Below, in pieces: positions 1 to 10,547 of a stretch of 64,000 bases of DNA; position 1 is the first letter of the stretch; each line of letters starts with the position of its first letter. The position numbers and the translations under genes are program-made. This stretch comes from an uncultured Actinomycetes bacterium (GTDB lineage Bacteria; Actinomycetota; Actinomycetes; S36-B12; UBA10799): contig CAVVYM010000008.1 in the NCBI GenBank assembly GCA_963752505.1, positions 65,720 through 129,719 of the forward strand, in the 5' to 3' direction. A model generated the notes under the pieces. It was not told the origin of the DNA. It made no database searches and saw nothing but the letters and a program-made list of their open reading frames with translations.

Positions 1-141
1 GCGTGTGCCATTACGACCCGACCCTTCTGCCGACTGGGGCCCAAGCGCCCCGGTTGATGTGCGCCATGCGCCGCCGGCCGTTTCGATCGCGTCATCCACT
101 GCCCACAACGCGGCGCGTACCAGCAGCCTAGCGTCGGCCCG

Positions 142-411
142 TCACTGAGGCGGCGGCACCCACAGCGCCAGAATCGACAGCGATCCGGCAAGCACCCCCA
201 GCACTGCGGTGTCCACGCCCCGTGCGCGCACCGCCAGCAGTCCGGCCTGCTTGTCGGTCAGCACGATCCGCAGAATCAGCGCCCCCAGCACGCTGGCCGC
301 CAGCATCACCGAACCGACCCGGAATCGATCTATGGCGACGAAGAAGAGGGACGCCGCGATCCCGGCCAGCACCACGGTGATGGGCCACTGCCGCCAGAGT
401 CGCTCCGTCAC
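142..411 (-). CDS. small integral membrane protein (DUF3017-like)
   Basis: 89-aa product from a GTG at 411 that forms a GTGA overlap with the folD stop. It has two hydrophobic helices ([34 protein letters not shown]). Its position directly downstream of folD matches other actinobacteria. The upstream 95 codons of the track ORF overlap folD and are Arg/Gly-rich shadow sequence. Confidence 0.55.
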   Translation of the reverse strand: MTERLWRQWPITVVLAGIAASLFFVAIDRFRVGSVMLAASVLGALILRIVLTDKQAGLLAVRARGVDTAVLGVLAGSLSILALWVPPPQ

Positions 412-1265
412 GTGTGCAGCGCCCGTTCGGCCGCCTCCACCACATTGACCAGCAGCATGGCCCTGGTCATCGGTCCCACCCCGCCGGGCATTGGCGCCAC
501 GAAGCCAGCCACCTCGCGAACGCTGGGATCGACGTCGCCCACCAGCCCGGCTTCGGTACGGGTGATCCCCACGTCGAGCACTGCGGCTCCCGGCGCCACC
601 ATGTCGGCCGTGAGCAGGCCAGGTACGCCAGCAGCCGCGATCACAATGTCCGCTCGTTTGGTGTGGCTCGCCAGATCCCGCGTACCGGTGTGGCACAGCG
701 TCACCGTGGCGTTTTCGCTCCGCCTGGTGAGCAGCAATCCCAGGGGACGACCCACGGTGACCCCGCGGCCCACGATGACAACTTCAGCGCCGGCGATCGG
801 CACGTCGTACCGGCGCAGGAGTTCCACGATCCCCCGCGGGGTGCACGGCAACGGGCCGGGCGCGCCGAGCACCAAGCGGCCAAGGTTGGTGGGATGCAGT
901 CCGTCGGCGTCTTTCTCCGGATCCATGTGCTCGAGCACCCGGTTGGCGTCGATGCCACGAGGCAGGGGCAACTGCACGATGTAGCCGGTGCACGCGGAAT
1001 CCGCGTTGAGTTCGGCCACCGCCGCGAGCACCTCCGCTTCGGTGGCTGTTTCCGGCAGATCCACCCGGATGCTCGCGATGCCCACCTCCGCGCAATCCCG
1101 GTGCTTGCCCGCCACGTAGGCAGTGCTCCCCGGATCCGAACCGACGAGCACCGTGCCCAATCCGGGGGTCACTCCGTGGTCGTCAGAGAGCGCTGCAACA
1201 CGGGAAGCGAGTTCGCTCCGCACAGCGCTCGAGGTCGCCTTGCCGTCCAGAATCGTGGCTGTCAC
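408..1265 (-). CDS. folD: bifunctional methylenetetrahydrofolate dehydrogenase/cyclohydrolase
   Basis: 285 aa from the GTG at 1265 ([13 protein letters not shown]...[10 protein letters not shown]...IVQLPLP...[13 protein letters not shown]...GGVGPMT), which is collinear with FolD. The first 90 codons of the track ORF were trimmed as non-homologous. Confidence 0.93.
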   Translation of the reverse strand: MTATILDGKATSSAVRSELASRVAALSDDHGVTPGLGTVLVGSDPGSTAYVAGKHRDCAEVGIASIRVDLPETATEAEVLAAVAELNADSACTGYIVQLPLPRGIDANRVLEHMDPEKDADGLHPTNLGRLVLGAPGPLPCTPRGIVELLRRYDVPIAGAEVVIVGRGVTVGRPLGLLLTRRSENATVTLCHTGTRDLASHTKRADIVIAAAGVPGLLTADMVAPGAAVLDVGITRTEAGLVGDVDPSVREVAGFVAPMPGGVGPMTRAMLLVNVVEAAERALHT

Positions 1266-2287
1266 GTCTGCATTCTGCCAGCCGCACGCCGCCCACCGAG
1301 GAAGGCCAGCACCGTAGCTGTGATGGACAGCGCGACGGCTGCAATGGTGTGCGCACTCACGCCGGTCCCACCTGGAACTGGAGCGATGACGTCCACGAGC
1401 ACCCCACCCACCAGTTGACCAACGATCGTGATCAAGGAGAACACCAGCACCCCGAGGCGCCGGACCGCGAACGCCGCGACCATCACGAAGGCCACGCCGA
1501 TAGGTCCTCCCAGCCATAGCACCGGATCCGTCCATGGTGCAGGTGGTGGGTTGAACGCCACATCGTCGAATCTCTCGATGAGTCCGGCGACGATCAGCAG
1601 CGCCGTGAAGCCCAGCGTGAAGTTGACCAGCGTGGCCGGCAGCGGCGACCGGGCGAGCACCGCAACCCGGCCGTTGATGCCTTGCTGCAGCGCGATGGCA
1701 CCACCGGCGACGAGGGCAAAGGCGAGCAACCCCACCGCGGCAACGCCGTCGCCCAATTCACCGGAGACGGCGAGGAACACGCCCGCGACGGCGAGTGCAG
1801 CGGCCACCACTCTGGCCCACGTGACCGGCCGCGGGCCACCCGGCCCGATGCCCAACTTGTCCACCAACAGCGAGTTGGCGCTCTGCCCCGCCACCACGGC
1901 GATGGTGAACAACGCCACCCCGGTCACCGGGACGACCAGGCCTTGAGACGCGACGAAGGTCGCTCCACCCAGGCCGCCGAGGAAGATCCACCACGGCACA
2001 GTCCGCGTGGGCACCACCGCTCGATACAGGCGACGCACGCCGGCCCGCGCACTCGGAACGGTCGCCACCACCACGATGATGACCAACAAGCCGGTGGCGA
2101 AGGACCACGCGGCGGCTTCGATACCACTGCCGACTACCAGAGCGAGCTCGCCATTGATGCGAGCCTGCACGACGGCGAGCAGACCGACCAACAGGGCGAA
2201 CGCGCCGTCGACTACCGCCTTGGCGCCATGGTCGTGTGGCTCATGAGGCACGACGACGGTTGGCTCGGAGGCAGACATGTGCTGCAT
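1262..2287 (-). CDS. DMT-superfamily membrane transporter, duplicated DUF606 (YdcZ-like)
   Basis: About 10 TM segments in two internally repeated halves ([14 protein letters not shown]...WSFATG and [13 protein letters not shown]...LVNFTLG). The stop overlaps the folD start as GTGA. The start is uncertain, with ATGs at 2287 and 2278. Confidence 0.65.
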   Translation of the reverse strand: MQHMSASEPTVVVPHEPHDHGAKAVVDGAFALLVGLLAVVQARINGELALVVGSGIEAAAWSFATGLLVIIVVVATVPSARAGVRRLYRAVVPTRTVPWWIFLGGLGGATFVASQGLVVPVTGVALFTIAVVAGQSANSLLVDKLGIGPGGPRPVTWARVVAAALAVAGVFLAVSGELGDGVAAVGLLAFALVAGGAIALQQGINGRVAVLARSPLPATLVNFTLGFTALLIVAGLIERFDDVAFNPPPAPWTDPVLWLGGPIGVAFVMVAAFAVRRLGVLVFSLITIVGQLVGGVLVDVIAPVPGGTGVSAHTIAAVALSITATVLAFLGGRRAAGRMQT

Positions 2288-2385
2288 CGTGGCAGACGAG
2301 CCCTGTCGAATCGGAATTTCTGGTCGAAGCTGCGCGTCCCAGTCGATTTTGCACGACGGCGCCGGCACCGCCTAGGCTGCCGATC

Positions 2386-3375
2386 ATGCGTGCAATCGAG
2401 TTGACCCAGTTCGGCGGTCCGGAAGTCCTGCAGGTCTCTGAAGTCCCCGACCCCGTCGCGCCCGCCAACGGAAAGCTCATGGTGATCGACGTCGAAGCGG
2501 CGGGCGTCAACTACGCCGACACCCACGCCGTCGAGAACTCCTACCTCGCACCGCAGTCACTGCCGATGATCCCGGGCAGTGAGGTGCTGGGCCGCACCGC
2601 CGACGGTCGTCGCGTGTGTGGCTTCACGAACGGCTCCGGCGGCTATGCCGAGAAGGCGCTGGTGCGCCCCGCCGATGTGTTTGACGTGCCCGAGTCGATG
2701 CCCGCCACCACCGCGTTATCGCTGCTGGTGCAGGGTCTGACGGCGTGGCACCTGCTGCGCACCTCGTCGCGCCTGCAACCCGGCGAGACCGTTGTGGTGC
2801 ATGCCGGCGCAGGTGGTGTGGGTAGCCTGGCGGTCCAGCTCGCTAAAGCCTGGGGAGCCGGACGGGTCATCGCCACGGCCAGCACCCCGGAGAAGCGCGA
2901 ACTCACGCGCGAACTCGGCGCCGACGTGGCCCTCGATCCGGCCAGCGCGACGCTGTCAGACGACCTGCTGGCCGCCAACGACGGCCGCGGCGTCGACATC
3001 GTGCTCGAGATGACCGGCGGCGGAGTATTCGATGCGTCACTCGGCGCTCTCGGACGGTTCGGTCGACTGGTCACCTACGGCATGGCGTCGCGCCAGGCCC
3101 CGACACCGATCCCGCCCGGAGCGCTCATGGTCGGCTCGCATTCGGTGATTGGCTTCTGGCTCATGGACGTCATGGTCGGGGACCCCGCAACTGCCGTCGC
3201 CCAACCACTCGCCGAGCTGGTGGGGCTCATCGACGCCGGTAACGTGCGGCCGCTGCCCGGTCATACCTATCCGCTGGCCAACGCCCGCCAGGCCCACGAG
3301 GACCTGCGAGCCAGAGCCACCACCGGCAAGGTTGTTCTCACAATGACCGGTAGTAGTCGAAGTCATCGCGGTTGA
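2386..3375 (+). CDS. NADPH:quinone oxidoreductase, MDR (zeta-crystallin-like) family
   Basis: 329 aa from the ATG at 2386 (MRAIELTQFGGPEVLQV...). It has the GVNYAD and PMIPGSEV motifs and the nucleotide-binding AGAGGVGSLAVQLAK motif, with no zinc-ligand Cys cluster. Confidence 0.8.
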   Translation: MRAIELTQFGGPEVLQVSEVPDPVAPANGKLMVIDVEAAGVNYADTHAVENSYLAPQSLPMIPGSEVLGRTADGRRVCGFTNGSGGYAEKALVRPADVFDVPESMPATTALSLLVQGLTAWHLLRTSSRLQPGETVVVHAGAGGVGSLAVQLAKAWGAGRVIATASTPEKRELTRELGADVALDPASATLSDDLLAANDGRGVDIVLEMTGGGVFDASLGALGRFGRLVTYGMASRQAPTPIPPGALMVGSHSVIGFWLMDVMVGDPATAVAQPLAELVGLIDAGNVRPLPGHTYPLANARQAHEDLRARATTGKVVLTMTGSSRSHRG

Positions 3376-3397
3376 CCCCTAGCCCGCACTTTCGGCG

Positions 3398-4066
3398 CTA
3401 CTCCTCGTTCGTGATGAGCGGTGGATGGAGTTTGTGGCTTGGGTCGATCGTGCGAAGGAATTCACGCACGTGCTCATCCACCATGCCCAGAATCTGCTCA
3501 ACACCTACCCCGTCGGCGTCGTGGGCATCGGGGATCTGCCAACGAACCGTGTTGTCGGCAGGGTCATCCCAGTCGATTCCATCGGTGCCAATTGCGATGA
3601 CGTAGTCGGCCCGCTCGATCTGCTCAGCCGTGACCTGTCGCGGCGCATCGGTGAGTTCCCAGCCAACCTCACCCAGGGCCGCCGGAACCGCGGGATTGAC
3701 TGCAACATCCGGCTTGAGGCCAGCCGATTTGACTCGTAGACGCCCCGGTGCGTAGAACCGCAGAAGGGCACAGGCCGCCTGGGATCGGGTCGAGTTGTGT
3801 TCATCGAGGACCAGCACCCGGGGCAGTTCCGACCGCATGGATTCGAGTCGATCCGGATCGTCCTCAATCTGCTGCAGGGTCCGCGTCCCCGCCAGCACGG
3901 GGAGGAAGGTCGTCACTTTCGCGGTGGCGGCGAGTTCGGCGTACTGGGCCAACAGCAGTTCCCGCAAGTCGTGGCGATGGATCTGCCCCTCCGTGTGGGC
4001 CACGAGGCCGTCAACCACGTTCTCTAGCAGCGCCATCGTGGGGGCGTCAACATCAGGCGAACTCAT
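3398..4066 (-). CDS. three-helix-bundle plus LMW-PTP/ArsC-fold protein with Asp replacing the catalytic Cys
   Basis: The N-terminal helical region (LLENVVDGLVAH...YAELAATAKVTTFLPVLA) is followed by a phosphatase-fold core. Its P-loop reads VLVLDEHNSTRSQAA, where the family normally has V(L/F)FVC.HN.(G/C)RS. The downstream (I/L)PDP-type loop reads QIPDAHD. The start is uncertain (ATG at 4066 or 4036, TTG at 4099). Confidence 0.6.
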   Translation of the reverse strand: MSSPDVDAPTMALLENVVDGLVAHTEGQIHRHDLRELLLAQYAELAATAKVTTFLPVLAGTRTLQQIEDDPDRLESMRSELPRVLVLDEHNSTRSQAACALLRFYAPGRLRVKSAGLKPDVAVNPAVPAALGEVGWELTDAPRQVTAEQIERADYVIAIGTDGIDWDDPADNTVRWQIPDAHDADGVGVEQILGMVDEHVREFLRTIDPSHKLHPPLITNEE

Positions 4067-4159
4067 GGGCACATTCTGACGTACGAGTTGTGCTGACAAC
4101 GTGAACGACAGGCAAACTGCGCCCCCCGTTGTGGGCGGAACCGAACCAGCAGATCCGAG

Positions 4160-5728
4160 TCAGTGGTAGAAGTGCCGGGTCCCGGTGAAGTACATAGTCA
4201 TGCCGGCCGCGTGTGCCGCACGGATGACCTCGTCGTCGCGCACCGAACCGCCGGGCTGCACCACCGCGCGCACTCCGGCCTCCGCTAGCACCTCCAACCC
4301 GTCCGGGAAGGGGAAAAAGGCGTCCGAAGCTCCCACCGAACCGCGGGCACGATCTTCGCCCGCCCGGGCCACCGCCAGCCGCGCCGCATCGACGCGGTTG
4401 ACCTGTCCCATGCCGATGCCCACCGCAGCGCCGCCGCTTGCCAGCAGGATCGCGTTGGATTTGGCGGCACGCACGGCCCGCCAGGCGAATTCCAGGTCGG
4501 CGAGGGTCGCAGCATCCGCCGCTTCACCGCACGCGAGCGTCCAATTGGCCGGGTCATCGCCCGGAGCGTCGACGCGGTCGACTTGCTGGCGCAACAAACC
4601 ACCCGAGATGGGTCGCTGCTCGACGCTAGGGCCAGCTGGCAGCGGATCGGCGATCAGAATGCGGAGGTTCTTCTTCGCCTGCAGCAACTCGAGCGCGGCC
4701 GGGTCGAAGCCGGGAGCGACGATCACCTCGGTGAAGACCTCCCCCACCTGCCGGGCCATCTCAAGAGAGATCGGCCGGTTGGCTGCGATGACACCGCCGA
4801 AGGCCGAGATTGGGTCGGTCTCGTGGGCGAGCCGATGCGCCTCGGCGATGTCCCGGCCGATCGCGATCCCGCACGGGTTTGCGTGCTTGATGATCGCCAC
4901 CGCGGGATCCGCGAAGTCATAGCACGTGCGGTAGGCAGCGTCGGAGTCAACGAAGTTGTTGTACGACATGGCCTTGCCGTGCAATTGCTCGGCGCGGGCG
5001 AGCCCCGGGCTGGCACCGACGGCCTCCGAGACGTACATGGCGGCCTGCTGGTGGGGATTCTCGCCGTAGCGCAGAACCTCAGCACGTTGCCAGACGCCAG
5101 CCACCCAACCGGGCATTCCCGCTGTCGCATCACTCGGAGCCACCACGGAATCGAGCCAGGTGGCCACGGCCACGTCGTAGGCGGCCGTGTGTCGGAAGGC
5201 CTCCATCGCCAACTCACGGCGCTGGTCGAGGGTGAACCCGCCGTCGCGCACAGCGGCGAGAGTATCGGCGTAGCGGTCCGGCGACACGACGACCGCCACC
5301 GAGGGGTGATTCTTCGCCGCGGCTCGCACCATGGCGGGTCCGCCGATGTCGATCTGCTCGATGCAGTCGTCGGCGTCAGCGCCGCTGGCCACGGTGTCGG
5401 CGAACGGATACAAGTTGACGACGACGAGGTCGAACGGGCTGATGCCCAGGTCGGAGATTTGCGCCACGTGGTCGGGCTTGCGCCGATCGGCGAGGATCCC
5501 CCCGTGGACGGCGGGGTGCAGCGTCTTCACACGGCCATCGAGGCACTCGGGGAAATCCGTCACGTCCGAGACTGCCACGACCGGAATCCCCTCCGCGGCG
5601 ATCTGCTGGGCAGTCGACCCGGTGGAGACGAGTTCGACGCCCGCCGAATGCAGCCCCGTGGCCAGATCAACCAGGCCCGTCTTGTCGTAGACCGAGACAA
5701 GTGCCCGGCGAATCTCGTTCCGGCTCAT
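4160..5728 (-). CDS. purH: bifunctional AICAR formyltransferase / IMP cyclohydrolase
   Basis: 522 aa ([23 protein letters not shown]...FTGTRHFYH), full-length collinear with PurH. ATGA overlap with the purN stop. Confidence 0.97.
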   Translation of the reverse strand: MSRNEIRRALVSVYDKTGLVDLATGLHSAGVELVSTGSTAQQIAAEGIPVVAVSDVTDFPECLDGRVKTLHPAVHGGILADRRKPDHVAQISDLGISPFDLVVVNLYPFADTVASGADADDCIEQIDIGGPAMVRAAAKNHPSVAVVVSPDRYADTLAAVRDGGFTLDQRRELAMEAFRHTAAYDVAVATWLDSVVAPSDATAGMPGWVAGVWQRAEVLRYGENPHQQAAMYVSEAVGASPGLARAEQLHGKAMSYNNFVDSDAAYRTCYDFADPAVAIIKHANPCGIAIGRDIAEAHRLAHETDPISAFGGVIAANRPISLEMARQVGEVFTEVIVAPGFDPAALELLQAKKNLRILIADPLPAGPSVEQRPISGGLLRQQVDRVDAPGDDPANWTLACGEAADAATLADLEFAWRAVRAAKSNAILLASGGAAVGIGMGQVNRVDAARLAVARAGEDRARGSVGASDAFFPFPDGLEVLAEAGVRAVVQPGGSVRDDEVIRAAHAAGMTMYFTGTRHFYH

Positions 5729-6363
5729 GCTAGATGCACCTTTCTTCCGCTAACTCGCAAGACTCTGGTCGCGGCGAGCTTGCTGACCACGCTCACCAGC
5801 ATGTGGCGTTCCACCGCTTTGATGCGTTCGTGCAGCGTCGCTTCGTCATCAGTGGGATACACCTCAACCGCCCGCTGGGCGATGATCGGGCCACTATCCA
5901 CCCCGTTGTCCACGACGTGGATGGTGGCACCTGTTACCCGCACACCATAGGCCAGGGCATCCGACACGGCGGCGGCCCCTGGAAAGGCGGGCAGCAGCGC
6001 GGGGTGGCTGTTGATCAACCACGGCGAGAACCTGCCCACGAACTCGGCATTGAGGATGCGCATGAAGCCCGCGCTGACCACGAGGTCGGGTGAGTAGCCC
6101 TCGACCTCGGCCGCCAACGCCTCGTTCCACGCCTCCCGATTCGGGTAGGCCCTGGGAGCCACGGTGAATGTCGGGACACCCGCTTCGCGTGCCCGGTCCA
6201 GGCCACCGGCGGTCAGTCGGTCGGAGCCGACGGCGACTACGTCGAAACCGGCGGCCGCGCCCTCGGTCGGGTGCAGCAGGGCGGCCATGGTGGAACCGGC
6301 CCCCGAAAGCAGAATCACCACCCGCAGGGGGGTCCCTGACTGGGATTGCGCGGCACTCGTCAC
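5725..6363 (-). CDS. purN: phosphoribosylglycinamide formyltransferase
   Basis: 212 aa with [24 protein letters not shown] and [12 protein letters not shown] motifs. The GTG start overlaps the stop of the upstream gene as GTGA. Confidence 0.95.
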   Translation of the reverse strand: MTSAAQSQSGTPLRVVILLSGAGSTMAALLHPTEGAAAGFDVVAVGSDRLTAGGLDRAREAGVPTFTVAPRAYPNREAWNEALAAEVEGYSPDLVVSAGFMRILNAEFVGRFSPWLINSHPALLPAFPGAAAVSDALAYGVRVTGATIHVVDNGVDSGPIIAQRAVEVYPTDDEATLHERIKAVERHMLVSVVSKLAATRVLRVSGRKVHLA

Positions 6364-7856
6364 GAGCGACCCAGATCTTCCACATTCGAATCTTCAAGCA
6401 CCACAGTGCGGTCGGCCATCCACTCCTGCGGCTCCTCGTCGGGCCGGGATACCACCACCGCCCCGCTGGTACCCGCACTCTGACGACGCCCCCGCACCCG
6501 TCCGCCTACCCCCAACGCCTCGCCAGCTGAGACAACCACGGCCCCCAGGACGAACCAGACGAACACCGCTGCGGCAAAAGCAAGCGGCGGAGGTCCGAAG
6601 TCCGAGAGAGCGCCACCCAGCGTGCCGTGCGTGACCAGCCCTGCGATGCCGGCCAGCACCGCCGCCAGGCCAGCGGCTCGCACGCGGGGAAGTGCGCGTT
6701 GGCGCACGCCGTCACGCGGTTCGTTGCGGGCCACCGCCCAGGCGGACACCACCCCCGCCGCGAGGACCCCCAACCCGCCCAGCAGGTACCAGGCCGGAGC
6801 CGATTCCGGAACTGCGGCGAGCAACGGGAAATCGGGCATCTCGGCTGGGTCCACGGCGAAGGGCGAGTAGCCGCCGGCGCCGGCGCTGAATCCCGGCCCG
6901 GCGAGGAATGATGCGACCCAGACAACTGCCGTCGGGGCATAAACCAAGGCCCCGAGGGCGAGGACAACCGTGCCCGAGAACCCGGGCCGCAGATCGGCCC
7001 ACAGTTCATTGAGATCGGCAATGGAGGCCACCATGGCCCCGACAAGCACGGCCGCCGCCACAATGCCCAGCACAGCCAGACCTCGCACAGCAGCGCGGAA
7101 CTCGGCGACGATGTGGCCGGGTAGGCGCTGCCACAAGTCATGCCAAGCGCTTGTCTGGCGAGTGATAGCTGGCACGAAGCCGACGCTGAAGATCGCAGCT
7201 GCGGCGAACGGCACCAACAGCAGCGGCACCGAGATCTCCTCTCCGTTGGCGTGGAATGCGAGTGCGGTCGCCAGGGCCGCGTAGCCACCGACGGCGGATC
7301 CGATCACCCGCCAACGCGTCTGCGAATCGTAGAAGGTTCCTCGTCGCAACGCGGTCCTGCCCACCCGGAAGGACAGCCACGCGACCGCCGCGGTCAACAC
7401 CAAAGGCGGCAACCAGATCGCCCCGCCGGGTGTCCCAACGGGGATCAAGTGGACGGCGAGCCAGCCGAAGATCGCGATGTCGAACATCGCTGCCAGGCTC
7501 GAGTGATCTGCTGCCAGCACCCACCCGAGCACGGTCACCGCAACTATCAGCAGCAAGGAGAGCGCGCCGACGGTGAGGGCCGCAAGCAGCCCGTTGACTT
7601 CGGGACGCATGGTGGCGTCGGAATGGATCCGCAGACGGTGGCGCCGACGGTTGCGGCCGCTGGTCGCCGTGGCACCCTGGGCAGGCGCCCCGGGCTGTGA
7701 CGTCGGACTCGCTGCAGCACCCTCGGTCAGATCAATAGCGGGTTCAGCACCGCGACGGTGGCGCAGTTGACTCGAGCGGGCGCGTTTGCGCGGCTCCGCC
7801 ACATTGAGTCGATCGTGCCTGCCGCGTGGGCGGCTGCGGGAACGGCGGCGAGACAT
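6360..7856 (-). CDS. polytopic membrane protein, DUF6350/PerM-like
   Basis: About 498 aa with an Arg-rich N-terminus followed by at least 10 hydrophobic segments. Its position between sucD and purN matches PerM (Rv0955) in mycobacteria. The ATG at 7856 is preceded by GGAGAC. An alternative TTG lies at 7910. Confidence 0.6.
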   Translation of the reverse strand: MSRRRSRSRPRGRHDRLNVAEPRKRARSSQLRHRRGAEPAIDLTEGAAASPTSQPGAPAQGATATSGRNRRRHRLRIHSDATMRPEVNGLLAALTVGALSLLLIVAVTVLGWVLAADHSSLAAMFDIAIFGWLAVHLIPVGTPGGAIWLPPLVLTAAVAWLSFRVGRTALRRGTFYDSQTRWRVIGSAVGGYAALATALAFHANGEEISVPLLLVPFAAAAIFSVGFVPAITRQTSAWHDLWQRLPGHIVAEFRAAVRGLAVLGIVAAAVLVGAMVASIADLNELWADLRPGFSGTVVLALGALVYAPTAVVWVASFLAGPGFSAGAGGYSPFAVDPAEMPDFPLLAAVPESAPAWYLLGGLGVLAAGVVSAWAVARNEPRDGVRQRALPRVRAAGLAAVLAGIAGLVTHGTLGGALSDFGPPPLAFAAAVFVWFVLGAVVVSAGEALGVGGRVRGRRQSAGTSGAVVVSRPDEEPQEWMADRTVVLEDSNVEDLGRS

Positions 7857-7920
7857 GCGCCCTAGTCTCCCAGCCACGCCCGCACGCCTTCGGCGTGCGA
7901 CACGCACCAAGCGCGGGTGA

Positions 7921-8799
7921 TCAGCCGAGCAAGTCGCGCATCAGGCGCGCGGTGGCCGACGGCGTGCGGCCCACCTTCACCCCGACGGCTTCCAGCGCCT
8001 CTTGTTTAGCTGCTGCCGTTCCCGACGAACCGGAGACGATCGCGCCAGCGTGACCCATGGTCTTGCCCTCAGGTGCGGTGAATCCGGCCACGTAGCCCAC
8101 GACGGGCTTGGAGACGTTGTCTGCGATAAAGGCAGCGGCACGCTCTTCGGCATCGCCACCGATTTCGCCGATCATCACAATGGCCTCGGTCTCGGGATCC
8201 GCTTCGAACGCCGCGAGTGCGTCGATGTGGGTGGTACCGATGATCGGGTCGCCACCGATCCCGATGGCGGTCGAGAAGCCGATATCGCGCAGTTCATACA
8301 TCATCTGGTAGGTGAGGGTGCCTGACTTCGACACCAGACCGATGGGCCCGGGCCCGGTGATGCTGGCAGGAATGATTCCGGCGTTGGACTTGCCTGGGCT
8401 GATCAGACCCGGGCAGTTCGGGCCGATCACTCGGGTAGTACCGGCGGCTTCGGCGTAGGCGAAGAAGTTGGCCGTGTCGTGCACCGGCACCCCCTCGGTG
8501 ATGACCACGGCGAGCGGCACGCCCGCATCAACGGCCTCGACCACGGCACCCTTGGTGAAGCGCGGTGGCACGAATACAACCGAGACGTCGGCGCCAGTAG
8601 TCGCCACAGCCTCGGCGACGTTGTTGAACACCGGAATGTCCTGGCCCTCGGCGGTCACCGACTGACCACCCTTGCCCGGGGTGACCCCGGCCACGACGTT
8701 TGTGCCGCTGGCCACCATGCGCCGGGTGTGCTTGCCGCCCTCAGATCCGGTGATGCCCTGCACCAGAATGCGGGAGTTTTCATTCAGGAAGATCGCCAC
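7921..8799 (-). CDS. sucD: succinyl-CoA ligase subunit alpha
   Basis: 292 aa from the GTG at 8799 ([21 protein letters not shown]...MGHAGAIV...). It starts 1 nt after the sucC stop. The upstream 122 codons of the track ORF were trimmed. Confidence 0.96.
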   Translation of the reverse strand: MAIFLNENSRILVQGITGSEGGKHTRRMVASGTNVVAGVTPGKGGQSVTAEGQDIPVFNNVAEAVATTGADVSVVFVPPRFTKGAVVEAVDAGVPLAVVITEGVPVHDTANFFAYAEAAGTTRVIGPNCPGLISPGKSNAGIIPASITGPGPIGLVSKSGTLTYQMMYELRDIGFSTAIGIGGDPIIGTTHIDALAAFEADPETEAIVMIGEIGGDAEERAAAFIADNVSKPVVGYVAGFTAPEGKTMGHAGAIVSGSSGTAAAKQEALEAVGVKVGRTPSATARLMRDLLG

Positions 8800-8800
8800 G

Positions 8801-9979
8801 TCAGGCTCCTTGTGCCGCGAGTTCGGCGACCCGGCGGGCCGCATCGTCCATCGTTTCCACCATCTCGATGAGGTCGTGTTCGGCCTCCACGAGGATGGCG
8901 CGCCCGACGTCGGCATTGTTGCCGTCGAGGCGCACCACCAGAGGCTTGGAAGGAGTCTCGCCTCGGTCAGCCAGGATCGAAAACGCCTGAATGATTCCAG
9001 CCGCAACCGCATCGCACGCAGTGATACCGCCGAAGACGTTGACGAAAACCGCCTTGACCTCGGGGTCGCCGAGGATGATCTCCAACCCGTCTGCCATGAC
9101 CTCGGCCGAGGCCCCACCCCCAATATCGAGGAAGTTGGCCGGCTTGACGCCGCCGAACTCCTCACCCGCGTAGGCGACCACGTCCAGGGTGCTCATCACC
9201 AGTCCAGCGCCGTTGCCGATGATGCCGACCTCGCCGGAGAGCTTCACGTAGTTGAGTCCCTTGGCTGCAGCACGCAACTCCAGCGGGTCTTCCGCCTGCT
9301 CATCTGCCAGTTCGGCATGCGCAGGGTGGCGGAAGTCGGCATTGCCGTCCAATGTGACCTTGCCGTCGAGCGCGAGCACCTCGCCCGCCGGCGTCTTGAC
9401 CAGTGGGTTGACCTCCACCAGGGTGGCGTCCTCACCCACGAAGACGTCCCACAAACTGACCAGCATGTCGGCGACGCCGTCGGCGACATCGGCGGGGAAG
9501 TTGGCTGCTGCGACGATCTCGAGCGCCTTGGCCCGGTCAACTCCGGCAAGCGGGTCGATATCGACCTTGGCGAGCGCTTCTGGGTTGTTGGCCGCCACCT
9601 CCTCGATGTCGACGCCACCTTCGACGCTCGCCATCGCGAGGAATGTTCGGTTGGCGCGGTCCACGAGGTACGAAACGTAGTACTCCTCGGCGATGTCGCT
9701 CGCGGGCACGACAAGCACTTTGTTGACGATGTGGCCCTTGATGTCCAGACCGAGGATTCCCTCGGCTTTCGCCTCCGCGTCGGCTGGATCGTCGGCGAGC
9801 TTCACGCCACCGGCTTTGCCCCGGCCACCGGTCTTGACCTGGGCCTTCACCACGACGGTGTCGCCGAATTGTGCGGCGGCGTCACGCGCGGCGCTCGGCG
9901 AAGTGACCACAATACCTACCTGGGTAGCCACGCCGTGGTCGGCGAACATCTCCTTGGCTTGGTACTCGTATAGATCCAC
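8801..9979 (-). CDS. sucC: succinyl-CoA ligase subunit beta
   Basis: 392 aa from the GTG at 9979 ([17 protein letters not shown]...[18 protein letters not shown]...[10 protein letters not shown]-like [11 protein letters not shown]). Confidence 0.96.
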   Translation of the reverse strand: MDLYEYQAKEMFADHGVATQVGIVVTSPSAARDAAAQFGDTVVVKAQVKTGGRGKAGGVKLADDPADAEAKAEGILGLDIKGHIVNKVLVVPASDIAEEYYVSYLVDRANRTFLAMASVEGGVDIEEVAANNPEALAKVDIDPLAGVDRAKALEIVAAANFPADVADGVADMLVSLWDVFVGEDATLVEVNPLVKTPAGEVLALDGKVTLDGNADFRHPAHAELADEQAEDPLELRAAAKGLNYVKLSGEVGIIGNGAGLVMSTLDVVAYAGEEFGGVKPANFLDIGGGASAEVMADGLEIILGDPEVKAVFVNVFGGITACDAVAAGIIQAFSILADRGETPSKPLVVRLDGNNADVGRAILVEAEHDLIEMVETMDDAARRVAELAAQGA

Positions 9980-10133
9980 AGATACACCCGTTCCGTTCCT
10001 CGCCTGGGTTACCGTTCCAACGCTGACGCGTCGGGCGCTACCAGCATGCTCTGGTAGGCATACCTGCACCCTAGCGGGGGCGCTGGAGGCACCTGCCGGA
10101 CCCCCACCGCAGGTGTGACCCGCGCGGAGAGAT

Positions 10134-10547
10134 TCAGTGCGAGGCGGGCGCCGGCAGCAGAGTGGAGTTCACCCAGTCCACGATGTCCTGGGTGCGGGTG
10201 CCCGGCGTGAAGACCCGCGACACACCCATGTCGAGCAGCAAGGGAATGTCGTCGTCGGGAATGATGCCGCCGCCGAACACCACGATGTCGGAGGCGCCCC
10301 GCTCGGCCAGCAGGTCGAGGACCCGCCGGAACAGGGTCATGTGGGCCCCGGACAGCACAGATAGCCCCACCGCATCGGCGTCTTCTTGGATGGCCGTCTC
10401 CACGATCATCTCCGGAGTTTGGTGCAGGCCCGTGTAGATGACCTCGATGCCGGCGTCGCGCAATGCCCGCGCAACCACCTTGGCACCCCGGTCATGGCCG
10501 TCGAGGCCGGGCTTGGCAACCACAACGCGCACCGGTGACTGTGCCAT
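10134..10547 (-). CDS. stand-alone cobalamin-binding domain protein (acyl-CoA mutase small subunit, IcmB/MCM C-terminal-domain-like)
   Basis: 137 aa from the ATG at 10547. The canonical B12 motifs are all present: DGHDRG (DxHxxG), SVLSGAH (SxL) and VVFGGGIIP (GG). The upstream 175 codons of the track ORF were trimmed. Confidence 0.85.
   Translation of the reverse strand: MAQSPVRVVVAKPGLDGHDRGAKVVARALRDAGIEVIYTGLHQTPEMIVETAIQEDADAVGLSVLSGAHMTLFRRVLDLLAERGASDIVVFGGGIIPDDDIPLLLDMGVSRVFTPGTRTQDIVDWVNSTLLPAPASH

Noticed and set aside
1-141. An open frame continues on the minus strand past the DUF3017-like stop (…LLVRAALWAVDDAIETAGGAWRT…). Open plus-strand frames also run to the window edge.
   Set aside because: The stretch is too short, has no recognisable family and has no clear start codon. 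It cannot be assigned from 141 nt at the window boundary.
408-1535. Several real genes have N-terminal extensions in the ORF track: folD to 1535, sucD to 9165, sucC to 10069, the B12 subunit to 11072, guaA to 17021, tsaD to 30806, rpsC to 58984, rplD to 61570 and rplC to 62240.
   Set aside because: The extended parts overlap the upstream gene and are non-homologous Arg-rich sequence. Internal ATG or GTG codons at the point where homology begins fit operon spacing, often as 4-nt overlaps, so the shorter starts were used.
2288-2385. A possible ZTP (pfl) riboswitch upstream of the DUF606-folD operon. The minus strand has GUCGUG...GACUGGGAC, which is faintly reminiscent of GGGUCGUGACUGGCG.
   Set aside because: An 8-nt insertion breaks the conserved block, and the 3' CCGCCUGGGC element is absent (only CGACAGGGC is present). 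The similarity is too weak to report without a covariance-model hit.
4583-5950. Long plus-strand ORFs lie antisense to clear minus-strand genes. Examples are 4583-5950 (455 aa, opposite purH), 8672-9973 (opposite sucC), 13774-15048 (opposite pcrA), 18829-20196 (opposite the aldehyde dehydrogenase), 35190-36152 (opposite nnr) and 62566-63780 (opposite tuf).
   Set aside because: These are typical high-GC shadow ORFs. Their translations are Arg/Gly/His/Pro-rich and low-complexity, with no recognisable motifs. Each fully overlaps a gene with an unambiguous conserved product.
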